From contig CM119371.1 in NCBI GenBank assembly GCA_051294905.1, positions 32,614,001 to 32,678,000 on the forward strand: DNA of 64,000 nt. The letters are read 5' to 3'. The translations under genes were made by a program, and so were the position numbers. Shown in pieces: positions 36,851 to 49,772 of this stretch. Source of the stretch: Botryllus schlosseri (Eukaryota). Position 1 is the stretch's first letter. Each line of letters begins with the position of its first letter. The notes below the pieces were generated by a model. It had not been told where the DNA came from and ran no database searches. It saw only the letters and a program-made list of their open reading frames with translations.

Positions 36851-39034
36851 TTTGGGTTCTGTTTTTATTTTTCGATTTCCTATTTTCTGTCTCGCGAGTT
36901 AATGGGAAGAGCAAAGATCTCTCACCTGAACTTTAGTATCAGTTCGAAAACCAACAACCTGCTACTTGGACCACCAGAAAAATCAGAGATTTCGTGGCAT
37001 CTCGTGACCCGAGCCTCACACGTGAAAAAGAATGCATTTTTTAAAAAATATTACGGTAGTATGCCACGATTTCAACGACATGCATGACATAGGACACTGA
37101 ACCTGCAGACCACAATTGTACGTAACACGAAACATGTCTGGCGTAGGTGATTTCGAATAGGAGTGTTTTAAATTCCTCTGCCCGTCGCATTTGTACTACT
37201 GTTTTCTCAGATTGCAAGCACAGGAGTATTAGGTGCAGACTGCCTATAACGGATCGTATCCATATCGAAAGGTCTCGGCCATCCAGCCACGGCCATTTTT
37301 AACCGAGGTTTTGTCGTTGCTGATGTTTTGGCACCGCACTTTATCAGCGGTATGTTGGCCAAAACTTTACATCTTCATTTTCCCCGACATAGAAGGGGTT
37401 GGCCTCGAAATGAATGTGTCTCATAGGCCTGGACATGCTCGTTGCACACCCCTACATTAGTTCAGCTCAGGGTTAGTCGACCACGTCTTTCAGAAAACCA
37501 GTCGTACGAATCCTATCATGAACTCGAACCATAGAACGCAGATTTTCATGATCAAGCCATATTTTCTGCGTTTCTCGCTTATTGGGTGTAGTACGCAACA
37601 ACAGTGACATTTATGTAAAAACCATCGCAGGATTTTTTGCAATAAATTCAACAAATACTACATACATATCAACAGATAGTTCTGGCAACGTGTCGACCTA
37701 TCATCATATACTCTTTGCGGCCAATACTTTAAAAACCCTTGAAGGGGTGAGAATTTGCGCTGCAGTAAATTGCAAATGTGAGTCTGTAATGTTGGTAGTA
37801 ATCAATGAGCACTTACATTGCTGTGCAAGTTTTTCGTCTCAGCTAGATTGACAGTAATATATACAACAATTTCATGGGGTTGGCAGCAGTGGCGTAGCAG
37901 CAGGTGCTGTCGCCCATGGCTTTTCTTGAAAATGCAACCGCATAAGCACACCACAGCAAATTTCGACATAGTTTCCTGTTCGAGCACTCTTTTCAATAAA
38001 AATAATCACAAATAATATGCCGCGTATCAGAAGTTCTATATTGCTTGAGAAAGAAGCCTATCTCAGCGTTTATAAGGCCAAAACAATAATGACAAGAAAT
38101 TGATACGAATGTATTAAGCCAGGGGCGGCCAACCCGTCTCCCGCGAGAAGATTTTGAGTGGCCGGCGAAATAGTTCCCGAGATTAGCTGTAACATTACAA
38201 AATAAATATGCCATGTAATATATCGTCTGCTATCGGTGCAACAAAGTATGTAATTTATTGTGAATTTGCAAGGCCAACCAAAAATGTGATAAACGTTACC
38301 GCGAAATTTGGGTTGTTAATGATTTGAGCATCATTTCCGACGCAATGGCGTAGCCAGGGGCCAGCCAGATTTTTCATAAGATCTTCGTATATGACCATAA
38401 ACTAGAATATTTCGTGGTAGATTTAGTTGACTCGATATTTTTATTAGCACTTAGCGCGATTTATTGTCACTCAAATTCTTGCTTTTAGTACTCCCCTCTT
38501 AAAATTTACCGAATTGAGTCTGACAATACTCGCAATTATGAGAGAACGTGTCGTCGAACATCCCACTTCGCATCTGCATTTGTAGAATGATGATAGGCGA
38601 TGGTGAAACCTTTGTACAAAATGATAGACGCCTCTACGCCGGAATCTACGATATTTATATGTCCAAGCGCCGAATATTCCTGTCCTTGTCAAATGAGCCC
38701 AGCGGAATACAGAGGCCACCCTCAATATATGCAAGGGACATAGGCATTGGCCGAACTCATTCAATATAACTTAGAAAAATGTTAGCGCTGGGCGCGGTTA
38801 GATCACGAGTGCACTTTGCACGCTGACTTTTCATGACACAATTGTTATCGATTTTGATGCGTAGTAATATATGTTCTCGTATAGTCCGGCTCGCTCCTAT
38901 CGGACGACTAAAGAATGGTAATCAAAATTCAACATCCAAGTGACCCGCGCAATAATTCCCAAATCTCATGAGGCCCTTTCGCCGAGAAGGTTGGCGCCAT
39001 GTATTAGGCAAATAACAAAATCAATAGCTGCCTC

Positions 39035-39415
39035 AAAACTGACCTTTTCGGGCTTTCGCCGGAAAGAAATCAGCGACAATATCCAAAAAATCAAGTTTTT
39101 GAACGTAGTCCCTTTCTATAAAAAAGAATGGATGGAGGTGATAGTCGATCCTCATTCACGGTAGAACATAAATAAGACTTTATCAGTTTGAGCTTTGAGA
39201 AGCTCCTCTCACAGCTCGCAATTAAAACACAAATGGTCAGACACGAATGGTGTGGAATCAAGTAGGTGTGCTTTAAGTAACCACTGTAAAACAGCAAACG
39301 CTATAGCATTATGATCAAAAGTGGTTTCTCTGCTCCGCACCAGCCTCTTGAATCTGCCAATTTCCGCATCAAACTGCAATTTAACAATAGAATACTGTTC
39401 TTAATCGAAAGCTAT
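39035..39415 (-). pseudogene. hAT transposase dimerisation-domain remnant (ZMYM1-like type)
   Basis: ORF 39091-39297 reads LTICVLIASCERSFSKLKLIKSYLCSTVNEDRLS. Frameshifted. Confidence 0.88.
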
Positions 39416-39445
39416 TGCTGTTGTTGTTTGTTTGTTTGTTTGTGG

Positions 39446-41415
39446 CAGTGCTTTTCAACCTGTATGACGGTTCGCACTAGTGCGAATCCAAAAAATTGCA
39501 GTGCGAATGGCGGAGGTAGGGCAAATGGCGCGAATGAAAATCCAGATCAAGTGCGAATGACGAAGGTGTTGCGAATGAAAATCCGGATCACGTGCGAATG
39601 ACGAAGGTGTTGCGAATGAAAATCCGGATCACGTGCGAATGGAAATCGTTATCAATTGTTAATTTTTCTGGAATAATTCAAATAAACCTAATAGGAAATT
39701 TAAGGTATGTGTTACTTTTGTAGTTGCGACGAAATTGTAAAAACTTAATACGACGCACCACTAGTTGTAGCTCTCACAAGCCGTATTGAATTATTATTCT
39801 CGGAATATAATTATTAGCCTACGTAACCAAAAGCCTAGTTTGGAAGCTGGTGTAGTGGCAGACATACAGCACAATATATCAGCCCGTCTGAGCCTGCGAC
39901 CAGCTGAAAAATGATGTCAAATTCACTTCTGCTTTCTTTCGCTAAACAATCATCACATTTTCGTAATACCTGTTCGATTAGCGGGAGGCACGAGGATATT
40001 ATAGTAAATACCATCATTACAGACTCACGTTTGTAAGTTACTGTAACGCAAATTGTTAGCCCTTCAAGGGTTATTAAAGTATGGACCGCAAAGGGTATAA
40101 TTTTAGGTCGACACGGTGCCAGAGCTATCTGTAATATTGTGTGTAATATTTATTGAATTTATTGCAAAAAATCCTGCGATAGTTTGTACATATCCAAGGT
40201 CACTGTGTTGCGTACTGTAGCCAATAAGCGAGACACGCAGTAAATAAGGCTTTATCATGAAAACTCATGATAAGATTTGAGACTATTAGTCTCATTCATT
40301 GCGAGGTCAACCCCATCTGCGTCGGGGCACAAGAAGACGTAAACTATTGGCGAACAAACCGATGATAAAATGCGATGACAAAAATGTAAGTGGCGACAAA
40401 ACCTCGGCCTAAAAATGACCGATGCTGGATGGCCATGGCCAAGCCTTTCGAGAAGGATTGGCTATGCTCCGTTGTTGGCACGGAATAGTCCCGTTCTTGC
40501 AATCTGAGTAGACAGTAGTACAACCGCGACACGCAGAAGAATTTAATTCTCCCTAATTTGAAATCGCGTGCGTCAGACATGCTGTGTACAGCTGTGTTGT
40601 GTTGGGTAGAATTGTGGTGTGCGCGTGCTGTATGTCATACATGCCGTAAAATCGTAGCATACAACATTAATATTACAAATGATTTCCTTTTCATGTGTGA
40701 GGCTCGGGTCGCGAGATGCTACAAAAACGCGGACTTTGGTGGTAGTCTAAAAGCTGCTTTACCGTTATTAAACTGCTATGAATTCCCAGGTTAGATTGAG
40801 TTAAAGAGTAGAAGACACAGAATCGTGAGTTTATTTTATCTTCTCATAAACTCGCGAGACCGAAGTTGGGCAACGTATCATAACGTAGCGAGCTCTAATG
40901 TGCCCACTCTCCTTGATCGTTTTGCACCTTATGTTACAAGACATAAGGCAAAAGCCACAAAACAAACATGTTGGTTTTTTCATCCTTTCGACAAACTGGA
41001 GCCTCCGGGACCTTTGTGTTGTGTCAGGTCTCAAAATCGATTTCTGCCAGGTATCATTTTTCACACGCGAAAAATACGCTGTATTTTGGATAGGAGTGCA
41101 GAACATACTGTAAGACCTGGCCATCTAACCCAAGCACCAGTAGACGTTCTTGCACAAATTCCCAACAACATTCTTTGGCCGGGAAGGGTATTAGTGGAAT
41201 AATTGAAAGCAAAACGAGCGAAAAAAATTCACTTCTTAATGAGACACTTGATAGTTTAAGCTACATAAAAGTCTATTTGTTGCACATCTGAAAAGCAAAA
41301 TGTTGTTAAGTATCTTCATCTTCTTTTTGTATAACAATTTTCGATTAGTTTGTGCGAGTGAAATTTATTTCCCAAAAAAAGTGCGAATGGAGCCAAAAAA
41401 GGTTGAAAAGCACTG
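39446..41415. mobile_element. non-autonomous hAT element (1970 bp) carrying inverted segment-C sequence
   Basis: Perfect TIRs CAGTGCTTTTCAACC / GGTTGAAAAGCACTG. GCGAAT subterminal motifs including a 41-bp tandem repeat (39530-39641). Flanks GTTTGTGG / GTTTGGTG (imperfect TSD). A second right end lies at about 23510-23577. Confidence 0.85.
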
Positions 41416-41550
41416 GTTTGGTGTATTCATGGTGTTTGTCCACTGCATCGTTCATTTGCACCAGCCCGATTTTCTGCATTTTCTGATTCCGTATGTGTCG
41501 ACTTGTAGCACGGCCAACTTCTAGGCTTTTTGTAAGACACCGCTTACGCA
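41416..41550 (-). mobile_element. SINE 3' half (same family as 57379-57903)
   Basis: GTATTCATGGTGTT...CTTCTAGGCTTTTTGTAAGACACCGCTTACGC matches 57633-57738. Its tail continues at 39417-39445 across the hAT insertion. Confidence 0.75.
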
Positions 41551-41974
41551 CTTTATCGGCGCACCAAATCGGCGCACCATATCGGCGCACCATATCACTG
41601 TTATCTACTCATCACACTTCGATATCTTCTCATTATTGAATGAGGAACCCTGAGTTTATAATTTGGTTTTCGGGGTTTAAGACGAGACTCTTCTACGCTC
41701 ACGACAATAAGGTATCCGAATAAACTGTATTGAGCGAATCTGTGGATTGGGAATTCACTACCAAGAAAGCAACGGACTCAAGGTCAAATTACCGGTAAAG
41801 TGCAATCCATAATGTCCGGTTAGCTACCATTGTACTTCGGGCACAGCAATTTCATCAATTGGCTGCAGCAGTCTCTGCTATAGTCTTGAACACGAAATAA
41901 ACTAGAAGCCTGCATGTGAACGCCTACGTTTAGAAGTAGTCTGGTCAATTTACAGAACATATAGGGTTCTAAGG

Positions 41975-42714
41975 CAGGGGTGGCCGACCCTTTTTGCTAT
42001 TGACGGCCGCATCTCAATTACTTTTCCACATTCCTGGGCATATCCGTAAGGAACTAACTGAACGCCAAATACCCATGTTAATCCGTCCGGGTCCATTTCC
42101 GATAAACTCTGGACTAATCTACTTCTTCATATCGTCTTACTATACGCACCTAAATCCTGAGTGGTCCCGTTTGGAATGGTTCCTGAGATTCGTTATGGTC
42201 ATGCGAATATATTTTCAGATTCACCATTGAATTACGTCTCTTGTTAGTAGATTCACATATTGCTATCAAATATTTATTATTTTTCAGTCCATGTGTAGTG
42301 TATAGATTCACTGGCAGAGTTGGGTTGGTGAACCGATTGTTATTAGTCACTTTGTTCTTTTTGCTTGACCTCCCATCGCGATTGTTGGTAGTGGAAAGAT
42401 CGGAACCGCCTATGCGTAGCAAAAACAAATTTCTTTAGTGAGGAACACTGTCTCCCAAGTTTTATTTCATTGTGGGGCTCATCATATTCTTCTGCTGTTC
42501 GCATATGTACTGTGAAGCTAAAATTGATCGAATGAAGTCGCATTGAATCGCGCAGGGCACGAAGAAAACTTCAAGATTACTAAATTTCTCAAAAAATTTG
42601 GGAGTCAAATCGTAAAGCCAATTTGCAAGTCCACCGCCGCCAACACGTAGTGATTGAATCACGTGTCAATGGCCGCATAAATCTCCTTCTACGGACGCAG
42701 GTTGGTCACCCCTG
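41975..42714. mobile_element. hAT MITE (CAGGGGTGGCCGACC family)
   Basis: TIRs CAGGGGTGGCCGACC / GGTTGGTCACCCCTG. No TSD match. Relatives at 61417-62212 and about 15765-16075. Confidence 0.65.
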
Positions 42715-43044
42715 CAATATAGGGATAGCATATTTTGAAATCAGGACACTCATTACAAAATACGAAATTTATTATATCGGACGAGAATACGGTTAATTTG
42801 AAAACCTATACAGGAAATCCTGTTGTGTTGCCTTAAAAAAGTTATGTTGCCATCTCCACTCCTGAAAAACCCACGAAGTAGGCTAGCTCGTACGTTTAAA
42901 CAAACTTCACTAAGTTGCGACCGTACGAGTTCACGACATTTAGCAGTAGAATAAAGGCAAAGTCGCATTTATTTGTAGTTGCATAGTCGTAACGGTAATT
43001 TGGATGAAATATTACTATTATTGAAGGCTTACCAGCAAAATGTT

Positions 43045-43047
<3 letters not shown>

Positions 43048-43102
<55 letters not shown>
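43048..43102. repeat. (GA)n microsatellite
   Basis: Pure GA run. Shorter paralogous run at 16414-16440. Confidence 0.95.
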
Positions 43103-43106
<4 letters not shown>

Positions 43107-43771
43107 ACCATAGCCCTAGATGTCATTATCTTCGCAGTGTTTAGTGCTCAGAATTTCACATCCCTTGGTGGATTTGAGGGGGTTTCGATATTCTGTCATT
43201 TTTAGTATTTGGATTTACGGAATCAGAGCGTCGATAGCATTTGATTGATGCTAGTTATTATAAATTCTCAGCTGTCCATGATGAATTGCATTATCGAGGT
43301 GAGGCACGACTGGCAATTATCTTATACTCGTCCAGACGACGGGTGAGGTATTGCCTCACTCCCCTTCCTGACCGCACGTCACTGAGATGATCCCTCCGCA
43401 GTACCATGGTTATTGCTTATATACAGGACCGTAACAGTACTTTGTCAGCCCCCCCAAAAAACGATGTTCTTGGGCCCTGATATTATGATGAACCGAACTG
43501 CTGGTGAGCTTCGCTCCCCAGACCCCCTCAGGCTGCACGCTGTTTACCGCTACTTGTCATCCACATCGGAGGCCGTTTACTGAGGCAGCTTTTCTGGCCT
43601 TAACGCACGAAGGGCGACAAAAATTCCATATTTCATGATTGAATCGATCAATATGATCGGAAATTGCATATATACTGCTATCAATTTTTATCCTGAATGA
43701 GGAGTGTTTGAAAAGGTAGGACCCCTCAATAATAATTGAACATCTTCGGGGGTATTCCTGTGGGCAGGAAC

Positions 43772-45504
43772 CAGGGCTCTGGAGCAGCCGTAAATTTAAA
43801 CTGCTTCAGCTCCGGCTCCGGAGCTTTGTTCTATCATACATTAGCTCCGGCTCCAGCTCCGGAGCCACATTATTACCACTGCTCCGGCTCCGGCTCCGGC
43901 TCCGGCTCTGAAATTATCGAATGGGCCTGTCTATATCAGGGGTGGCCAACCCGCGGGCCAAACGTTGCCCGCGAGAGGGTTTTGCGTGGCCCGCCAGGTA
44001 ATTTCCTATTATATTATCGAAAATGAATTGCTCAGATTGTGAACTTACAATGCCAACCAAAAATTACAAGTCTGCTGGCTGCGACACTTGGGATGTTGAT
44101 GACTAAAATATCAGTTCCGACGAATTGGCAGATGCATGGTCCAGTCACATTTTCAGTAAATCGTCGTACATTACAATAAACTAAAATAGTGGTGAAATTT
44201 TTCTTCACGTTTCGCGTGTTTAATTGTCACACGATTTCTTGCTTGGTAGCCTACCCCCTACCGAAAATGAAAAAAACGCCTAATTTACCCGATTGAGTCT
44301 AACTGTATTCGCAATTACAGGAGAAAGCCTTTTCGCGTTTGCGCTCGCACAAAGATCGTCGACGGTGAAATGTGGGCACAATATCATTGTCGCATATTAT
44401 CGGAAACCTTCGATATCGATATGGCCAGACGCCTAATAGTCGTGTCCTTGCAAACTGAGCCTAGCGGGCGGTATACAGTAGACCCGCAATATACTCAAGT
44501 AATAATATTATTGACCTAGTTTATTTATAAACTTCTACACTTATTTTTGCCTACAAAACTGAAAACTGTCAAGTAGAAGTAGTCTAAAATCATAACTACT
44601 TAAAAAGTAGTGTGAGTAGGCAAAATCTACTTCAAGTACTTCAAAAAGTAGAAGTACTTCGTTACTGACCACATCTGTATGGGACACTATGCTCTGATCA
44701 ATCAACAAACACACGGTGCAATCCCTAATTAATATTTCAAGGCGTTCGATAAAGCCCGGTACCCCAAGATATCAATTCATTAGGGCTGAGTAGGTGATGA
44801 GATAGCGTCGTTGTTCATCTGTGTGGCCTACTTCATCTCGATATTGAATTCATGCGGACCGCGGCATCTACGAAATTTGAAAAGTGGCCCGCGACTCGTT
44901 TTGAGTTGGCGACCCCTGGCATAAGCGGTGTCTTACAAAAGCCTAGAAGTGTGCCGTGGTACAATTGTAGTCTGCAAACACAATGATTACTGCAAACGAT
45001 ATTAGGATTCAGTACATCGTAAATGCCGATAATGCAAGTCTTCTCGCTTCGAAGAACTTACGCGCAAGCTACACTCGCACGCTGCGCAAGTGCATACATG
45101 TACAAAATAACATACAGTCACCAAAATTTGACGTAGTAAGCAAGTAGCAGGGAATCTCGACAGACTTTAGCCGCGGGCCACATTATCATATAAAACTGAA
45201 AACTGTCCGTGGGCCGGACAAAATCCCTTCGCGGGCCGTATGTTCCCCGCCCCTGCTCTATGCCATTGCTGTACACGGCATTAAAATTCAGGCCTGCTGT
45301 TCAATTATGATAAATCAGCAGATGTGGTTGTTGCATATATAATAGCATCTTATGAAATAAGTCGGAGCCGGAGCTACTCCTCAAATAACGGGCTCCGGCT
45401 CCGGCTGAATTTTATGTAGAGCTCCAGCTACGGCTCCAGCTCCGTTGAAAATGCACGGCTCCGTGGCTCCGCCTCCGGGCTCCGGCTCCGGCTCCAAAGC
45501 CCTG
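43772..45504. mobile_element. nested hAT element with (GGCTCC)n subterminal arrays
   Basis: TIRs CAGGGCTCTGGAGC / GCTCCAAAGCCCTG. Perfect TSD GCAGGAAC. Itself contains further MITE and SINE pieces (43937-45255). Confidence 0.9.
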
Positions 45505-46155
45505 GCAGGAACGAGACAGCACTTCCTCAGTTCCCCCGAAACAACTTGAGTCTTGGGCTCCCATGACGTGATAAGCCTACCTCAAATCACGTTGTTCGCT
45601 ATTGCCACGAAATTATACGAACAGTTTAGTGAGCCAGCGCCAAGCGCGGAAATTTTAGATTATCCATGATGAAATCGGTCAATAAGATCGGGAAGTGCAT
45701 ATATATTGCTATTGCAATCAATTTCTTGTCCTCTATGCTCACGTAATCAGATTTACAGGTAGAGCTGACTGAGGTGTCTTGGATACTGTATGGCCCGTTG
45801 GTATGTCTCCGTAGGATGATGTTATTTCGTGACCTCCTGTCTGCTATATCAAAAATATAGAATCGCCCAAACGTAGGATACTAAACTAAAAGACGCACAC
45901 GGTTTTAAAGTGGTATTTGTTCACTGCATACAATTTCTCCCTGCGGAATGGTATCTGTCTAGTGAGGTTCAGATTGCCAAGACAGGAACATTCGGCCGCA
46001 GTCATTTACGCGCCTATGGACAATCAAACCTATATGTATTTTGTGAATATAACGAAGTTTTCGGTCAGCATAAGGGCAGTCCTTTTCGGCCAAGGTTTTC
46101 TCGTTGCCGATCGTTCTGGCACACTTCTTGGAGTCGCATGTTACATGGCCTAAAA

Positions 46156-46976
46156 CACTGGTTCTCAACCTTTTTGTCTTCGCAGACCCCTTTTGGACCA
46201 CCACGGACCCCGCGGACCCCCAAAAGTTTTCGTTCAAAATTATCTCAATTATCGCGCAACCGTCATCTGTCTCGTGCAAATACTGGTTGTAGGCTGGTGA
46301 TAAACAGTCACAGTATGACTTTTGTTGGAAATAGCATCACAGTATATGTAGAAATTTGATATACTTTTATTAATTAGTAACTAATTTTGCAGCTGTATTT
46401 ATTGTCTTGAAAATCTCTGACTTCGATTGGATATGAACGAGTGCCAGAAATCCATTTTCACAAAGATATATTGGTGGCGAATGTAATATTAACGCGTAAC
46501 GCTTTCGACGTCAGGTTTTTGGTGTGTGTTTTTATTAAACATATCACGCCCAGCCTAGTGGTTTCTATCTGTCATTTGTACTTGAAGTTATTTAGTGGTT
46601 ATATCACATGAGTAAATGGATTTTTTGTCGAGTTTTCAATTCCTTCATCGGGACAGATTAGGAAAAGAAATATGGAATTTATATTTCAAACGACTGTTTG
46701 CTAATTTGATGAGACTTTTTGACAACTCCAAATCCAAAATGCTACCTCTAACATTTCATTTTCCCACAAACCCCAACAAAACATCTCTAAACATTAGGAT
46801 GTGTCATCTCAGACGACCATTTTAATGATATGAGTCCTGAAGTTTTAGCAAGTATGAAGCGAAACCGTTATGCCTTTCCTAACTGAAAAAATAGGTTATC
46901 AATCACGTTACAAATTTAGAGGTTTCGCGGACCCCCTGAAAACGCTTCGTGGACTCCCGGTTGAGGAGAACCACTG
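46156..46976. mobile_element. nested hAT MITE (GCGGACCCC family)
   Basis: Ends CACTGGTTCTC / GAGAACCACTG. TSD GCCTAAAA / ACCTAAAA. Confidence 0.85.
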
Positions 46977-48112
46977 ACCTAAAACTTCATATGTCTTGGT
47001 GCACCGTCCAATGTCCAACGACGATATGCCCATTTCTATAAATACTGCGTATTTTTTCTTGGGATATTTGGCAACTGGAAATCGCAAATGTTAAATAAAT
47101 ATTCAAAAAATACTCCATAATTTATGATAATTCACGAAATAATTTTGGGCCCGATTCGAGCTCGCCCCTCCAATTGGGGTTTTGGGGGTGCAGCAGTTAC
47201 GGTCCTGCTTATATAACAATGGATATTATTATTATTATTAATAAATAATGCATATACATTAATGCATAGGGCATACATCGTAAGTCAATCCATACTAGTT
47301 TCAATGTGGAACATAGGTTTGTTTTGGAGACGGGTCCACGAAAAGTATTAAATCTTTGAAACCGCTCCGCAGAGCTAAAATGGTTGCCGACCCCTTCCTT
47401 AATACATACTTTATAGGGGTGTGTTCTGCGCATCCTTCAACGATTTGAAATCTTTTTATATCTGAAAACTCCTCAAATTATCAATGACTTTAGACAAACA
47501 CTCATTGAGCAAGCACATGCATTGCAGTTTTGCACCAAAGCCACCCATGGCATGTAGAATTTTACTTTGTCTTAGATTAGAACTTCTATGAGTATGTTTC
47601 TGTGACTTCATTCTACGCTCAGCTCAGATAAGTGTTCTTGAGATGGTCTATCCACAATGTCTGAATCTCAAAAACTTCAGATATTCAATACTGAACCAGC
47701 TAACAGAACACATATCTCTAAAAATATCAGTAATAATCACCCACGTTATAAGAACGGCTGCAGAGACTTTATTAAGCGTCTAACCCCCGAAGCGGCTAGA
47801 TGCGAAAGACACAGGAACAACACAAGACATCACTTCTATAACAGGGAGCGGTATAGAGCACGGCTGCCACATATTGACTGCAATTGTACATGTGAATATC
47901 CCTATGCATTTTATGAAACGTCAATGAATTTACGTCAGGAAATATTGGAGAACAAAATCGAATAATTGGACAGAGATGAAAAAAAAACGTTTTTCAATTA
48001 CCTGAATGTAATACATGTTAATGAGTTTACGCTTGGAGTAACCCTTCGCAGTATATGCTCTCTCCCATACATTTCAACCAAGATTGTTGATGCCAGTATG
48101 CACATTCATATG

Positions 48113-49395
48113 CAGAGGTGGTCAGTAACGAAGTACTTCTACTTTTTAGAGGTACTCAAGTAGTTTACCTCTACTTCTGGTACTTACTCAAGTAGATCTG
48201 AATTTCGCTACTTCCACTTCTACTTCGTATTTTTTTGTGATCTACTTACTTACTTTTCGCTATTTTCAGTTTGTCAAGTAGAAGTAGTTTAATCCTTCCT
48301 CCAGGAAGATAGCCGGAGGAATTTCGGGGCTGTTTTGACGGAGTATCAACATTTATTTATCATAAAAGTTGAGTAAAACCCAGAATTTTCGTCGCGCTTC
48401 GCGCTCAGTGGATACGGAGTAGCCAGTATGATTACACGAAAGTATCGGTGAATATAATTTGGGTAGCGGGTTGGCGTGGTTCCGTTCACAGCGCATTGTC
48501 GCCCTTTGCCCATATGGAATAATTCACCACAGTATGTATGGCTCATCATAACGTTTGAAACTGATGCTTCGCAATCTAGCATATACTTATCATATCGTAA
48601 TCCAGCAGTCCATGGCCTGTCATATAATCTGGAAAGTGAACTCAGACTTTTTTTAGTTTTAGAGCTGTTTTAGCATACCACCTTTGAAACTTTCTGTCTT
48701 TAGATATGAAATACATATTCCGCTTTTAGAAGTAGTATTTACATTTCACTTTCAATTCCCAGTATCATATACTTTCATCTCTAATAATATCAGTTCTTTT
48801 GTCTCGATAACATACATGATGAAGGATAAAGAAAGTGTAGTAATGCCTTTAATTTCCGGAAATAAAGCAACACAATATGGCATTTTCACCATATTTATTA
48901 TTCACGTTTTATAATCGCGCAAAGTGCTCACACCGTATCCTATACAACTTCTCCTTATTTCTCTTCGACTGCACCACGGGCCTTATAATATGGGGGAGGG
49001 CGCCATACCATGATATTTTCTAAAACGGGCTGTTCGATTAAACATAGGATTAGTATCGCATTTCCATATCAATATTATCATTTTTATCCCATGATGCGGA
49101 CGTATGCATATGCTGTCGAAAATTGAATACCTCCTGGTATATATCAATATGAATCAAGCTCGGCACCTTTCACATTGATCAATTTGCACCTTTTTCATCC
49201 ATGTGAACGAATTACGATCGTTTTCACAACTACTTACTTACTTGAGTAGATTTAAAGTCAGTCAATTTTACTTCTACTTCAAGAAGTTTTAGGTTGCTTA
49301 TGGAAAAAGTACTTCTACTCGTACTTGAGTAGATTTTTTCGTCGCTACTTCCACTTCTACTTGAGAAGCTTTCTTGACTACTTTGACCACCTCTG
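48113..49395. mobile_element. non-autonomous hAT element (1283 bp) inserted in ZF-2 finger 22
   Basis: TIRs CAGAGGTGGTCA / TGACCACCTCTG. Perfect TSD TTCATATG (48105-48112, 49396-49403). Empty site in ZF-1 at 19436-19443. Confidence 0.95.
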
Positions 49396-49772
49396 TTCAT
49401 ATGTCGCCGGATGTGATTCTTCTGATTAAACGCTCTCCTGCATAAATCACATTTATGATTTTTGATGCCAGCATGTATGTAAATATGAAGCTTGCGGTGA
49501 CCCTTCTGAGAAAATCATTTTCCACATACATCACATTCATAATTTTTTACAGCAGCATGCATATCCATACGGATCTTGAGCTCACGCTTTCCGAAAATTG
49601 GTTTACCACATATATCACATTCTCATTTTGTGACGCGTGCGTGCCTATCCATATGAGGCTTGAGTCGACTAAATGCTTTTCCATATACATCGCATTCATG
49701 ACGATTGATGCATACATGTTTTTTCATATGTAGCATGAGGCTATTCTTGTGAGTTAATTCTCCCCCACATAC
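49396..49772 (-). pseudogene. dead C2H2 fingers 18-22 of ZF-2, downstream of a premature stop
   Basis: In-frame continuation: C*VCGGELTHKNSLMLHMKKH..HECDVYGKAFSRLKPHMDRH..*ECDICGKP..YECDVCGK*FSQKGHRKLHIYIH..HKCDLCRRAFNQKNHIRRHMN. Resumes after the hAT element at 48104. Confidence 0.9.

Larger units (their letters stand above)
43424..47207. mobile_element. composite hAT element (CAGGACCGTAAC family), 3.8 kb with nested insertions
   Basis: Perfect 12-bp TIRs CAGGACCGTAAC / GTTACGGTCCTG. Perfect TSD CTTATATA (43416-43423, 47208-47215). Confidence 0.9.

Noticed and set aside
40558..40794. KNADFGG here and LDHENL..VRVHD in the same orientation of other copies, suggesting a protein kinase
   Set aside because: No HRD/GxGxxG motifs, wrong spacing, and conserved stops in that frame. 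Likely chance.
42896..43126. ORF with poly-(LS) (also 16264-16461)
   Set aside because: Translation of a (GA)n microsatellite.
43736..44026. ORF with SGSGSG/PAPAP low-complexity peptide
   Set aside because: Translation of (GGCTCC)n subterminal repeats of a MITE.
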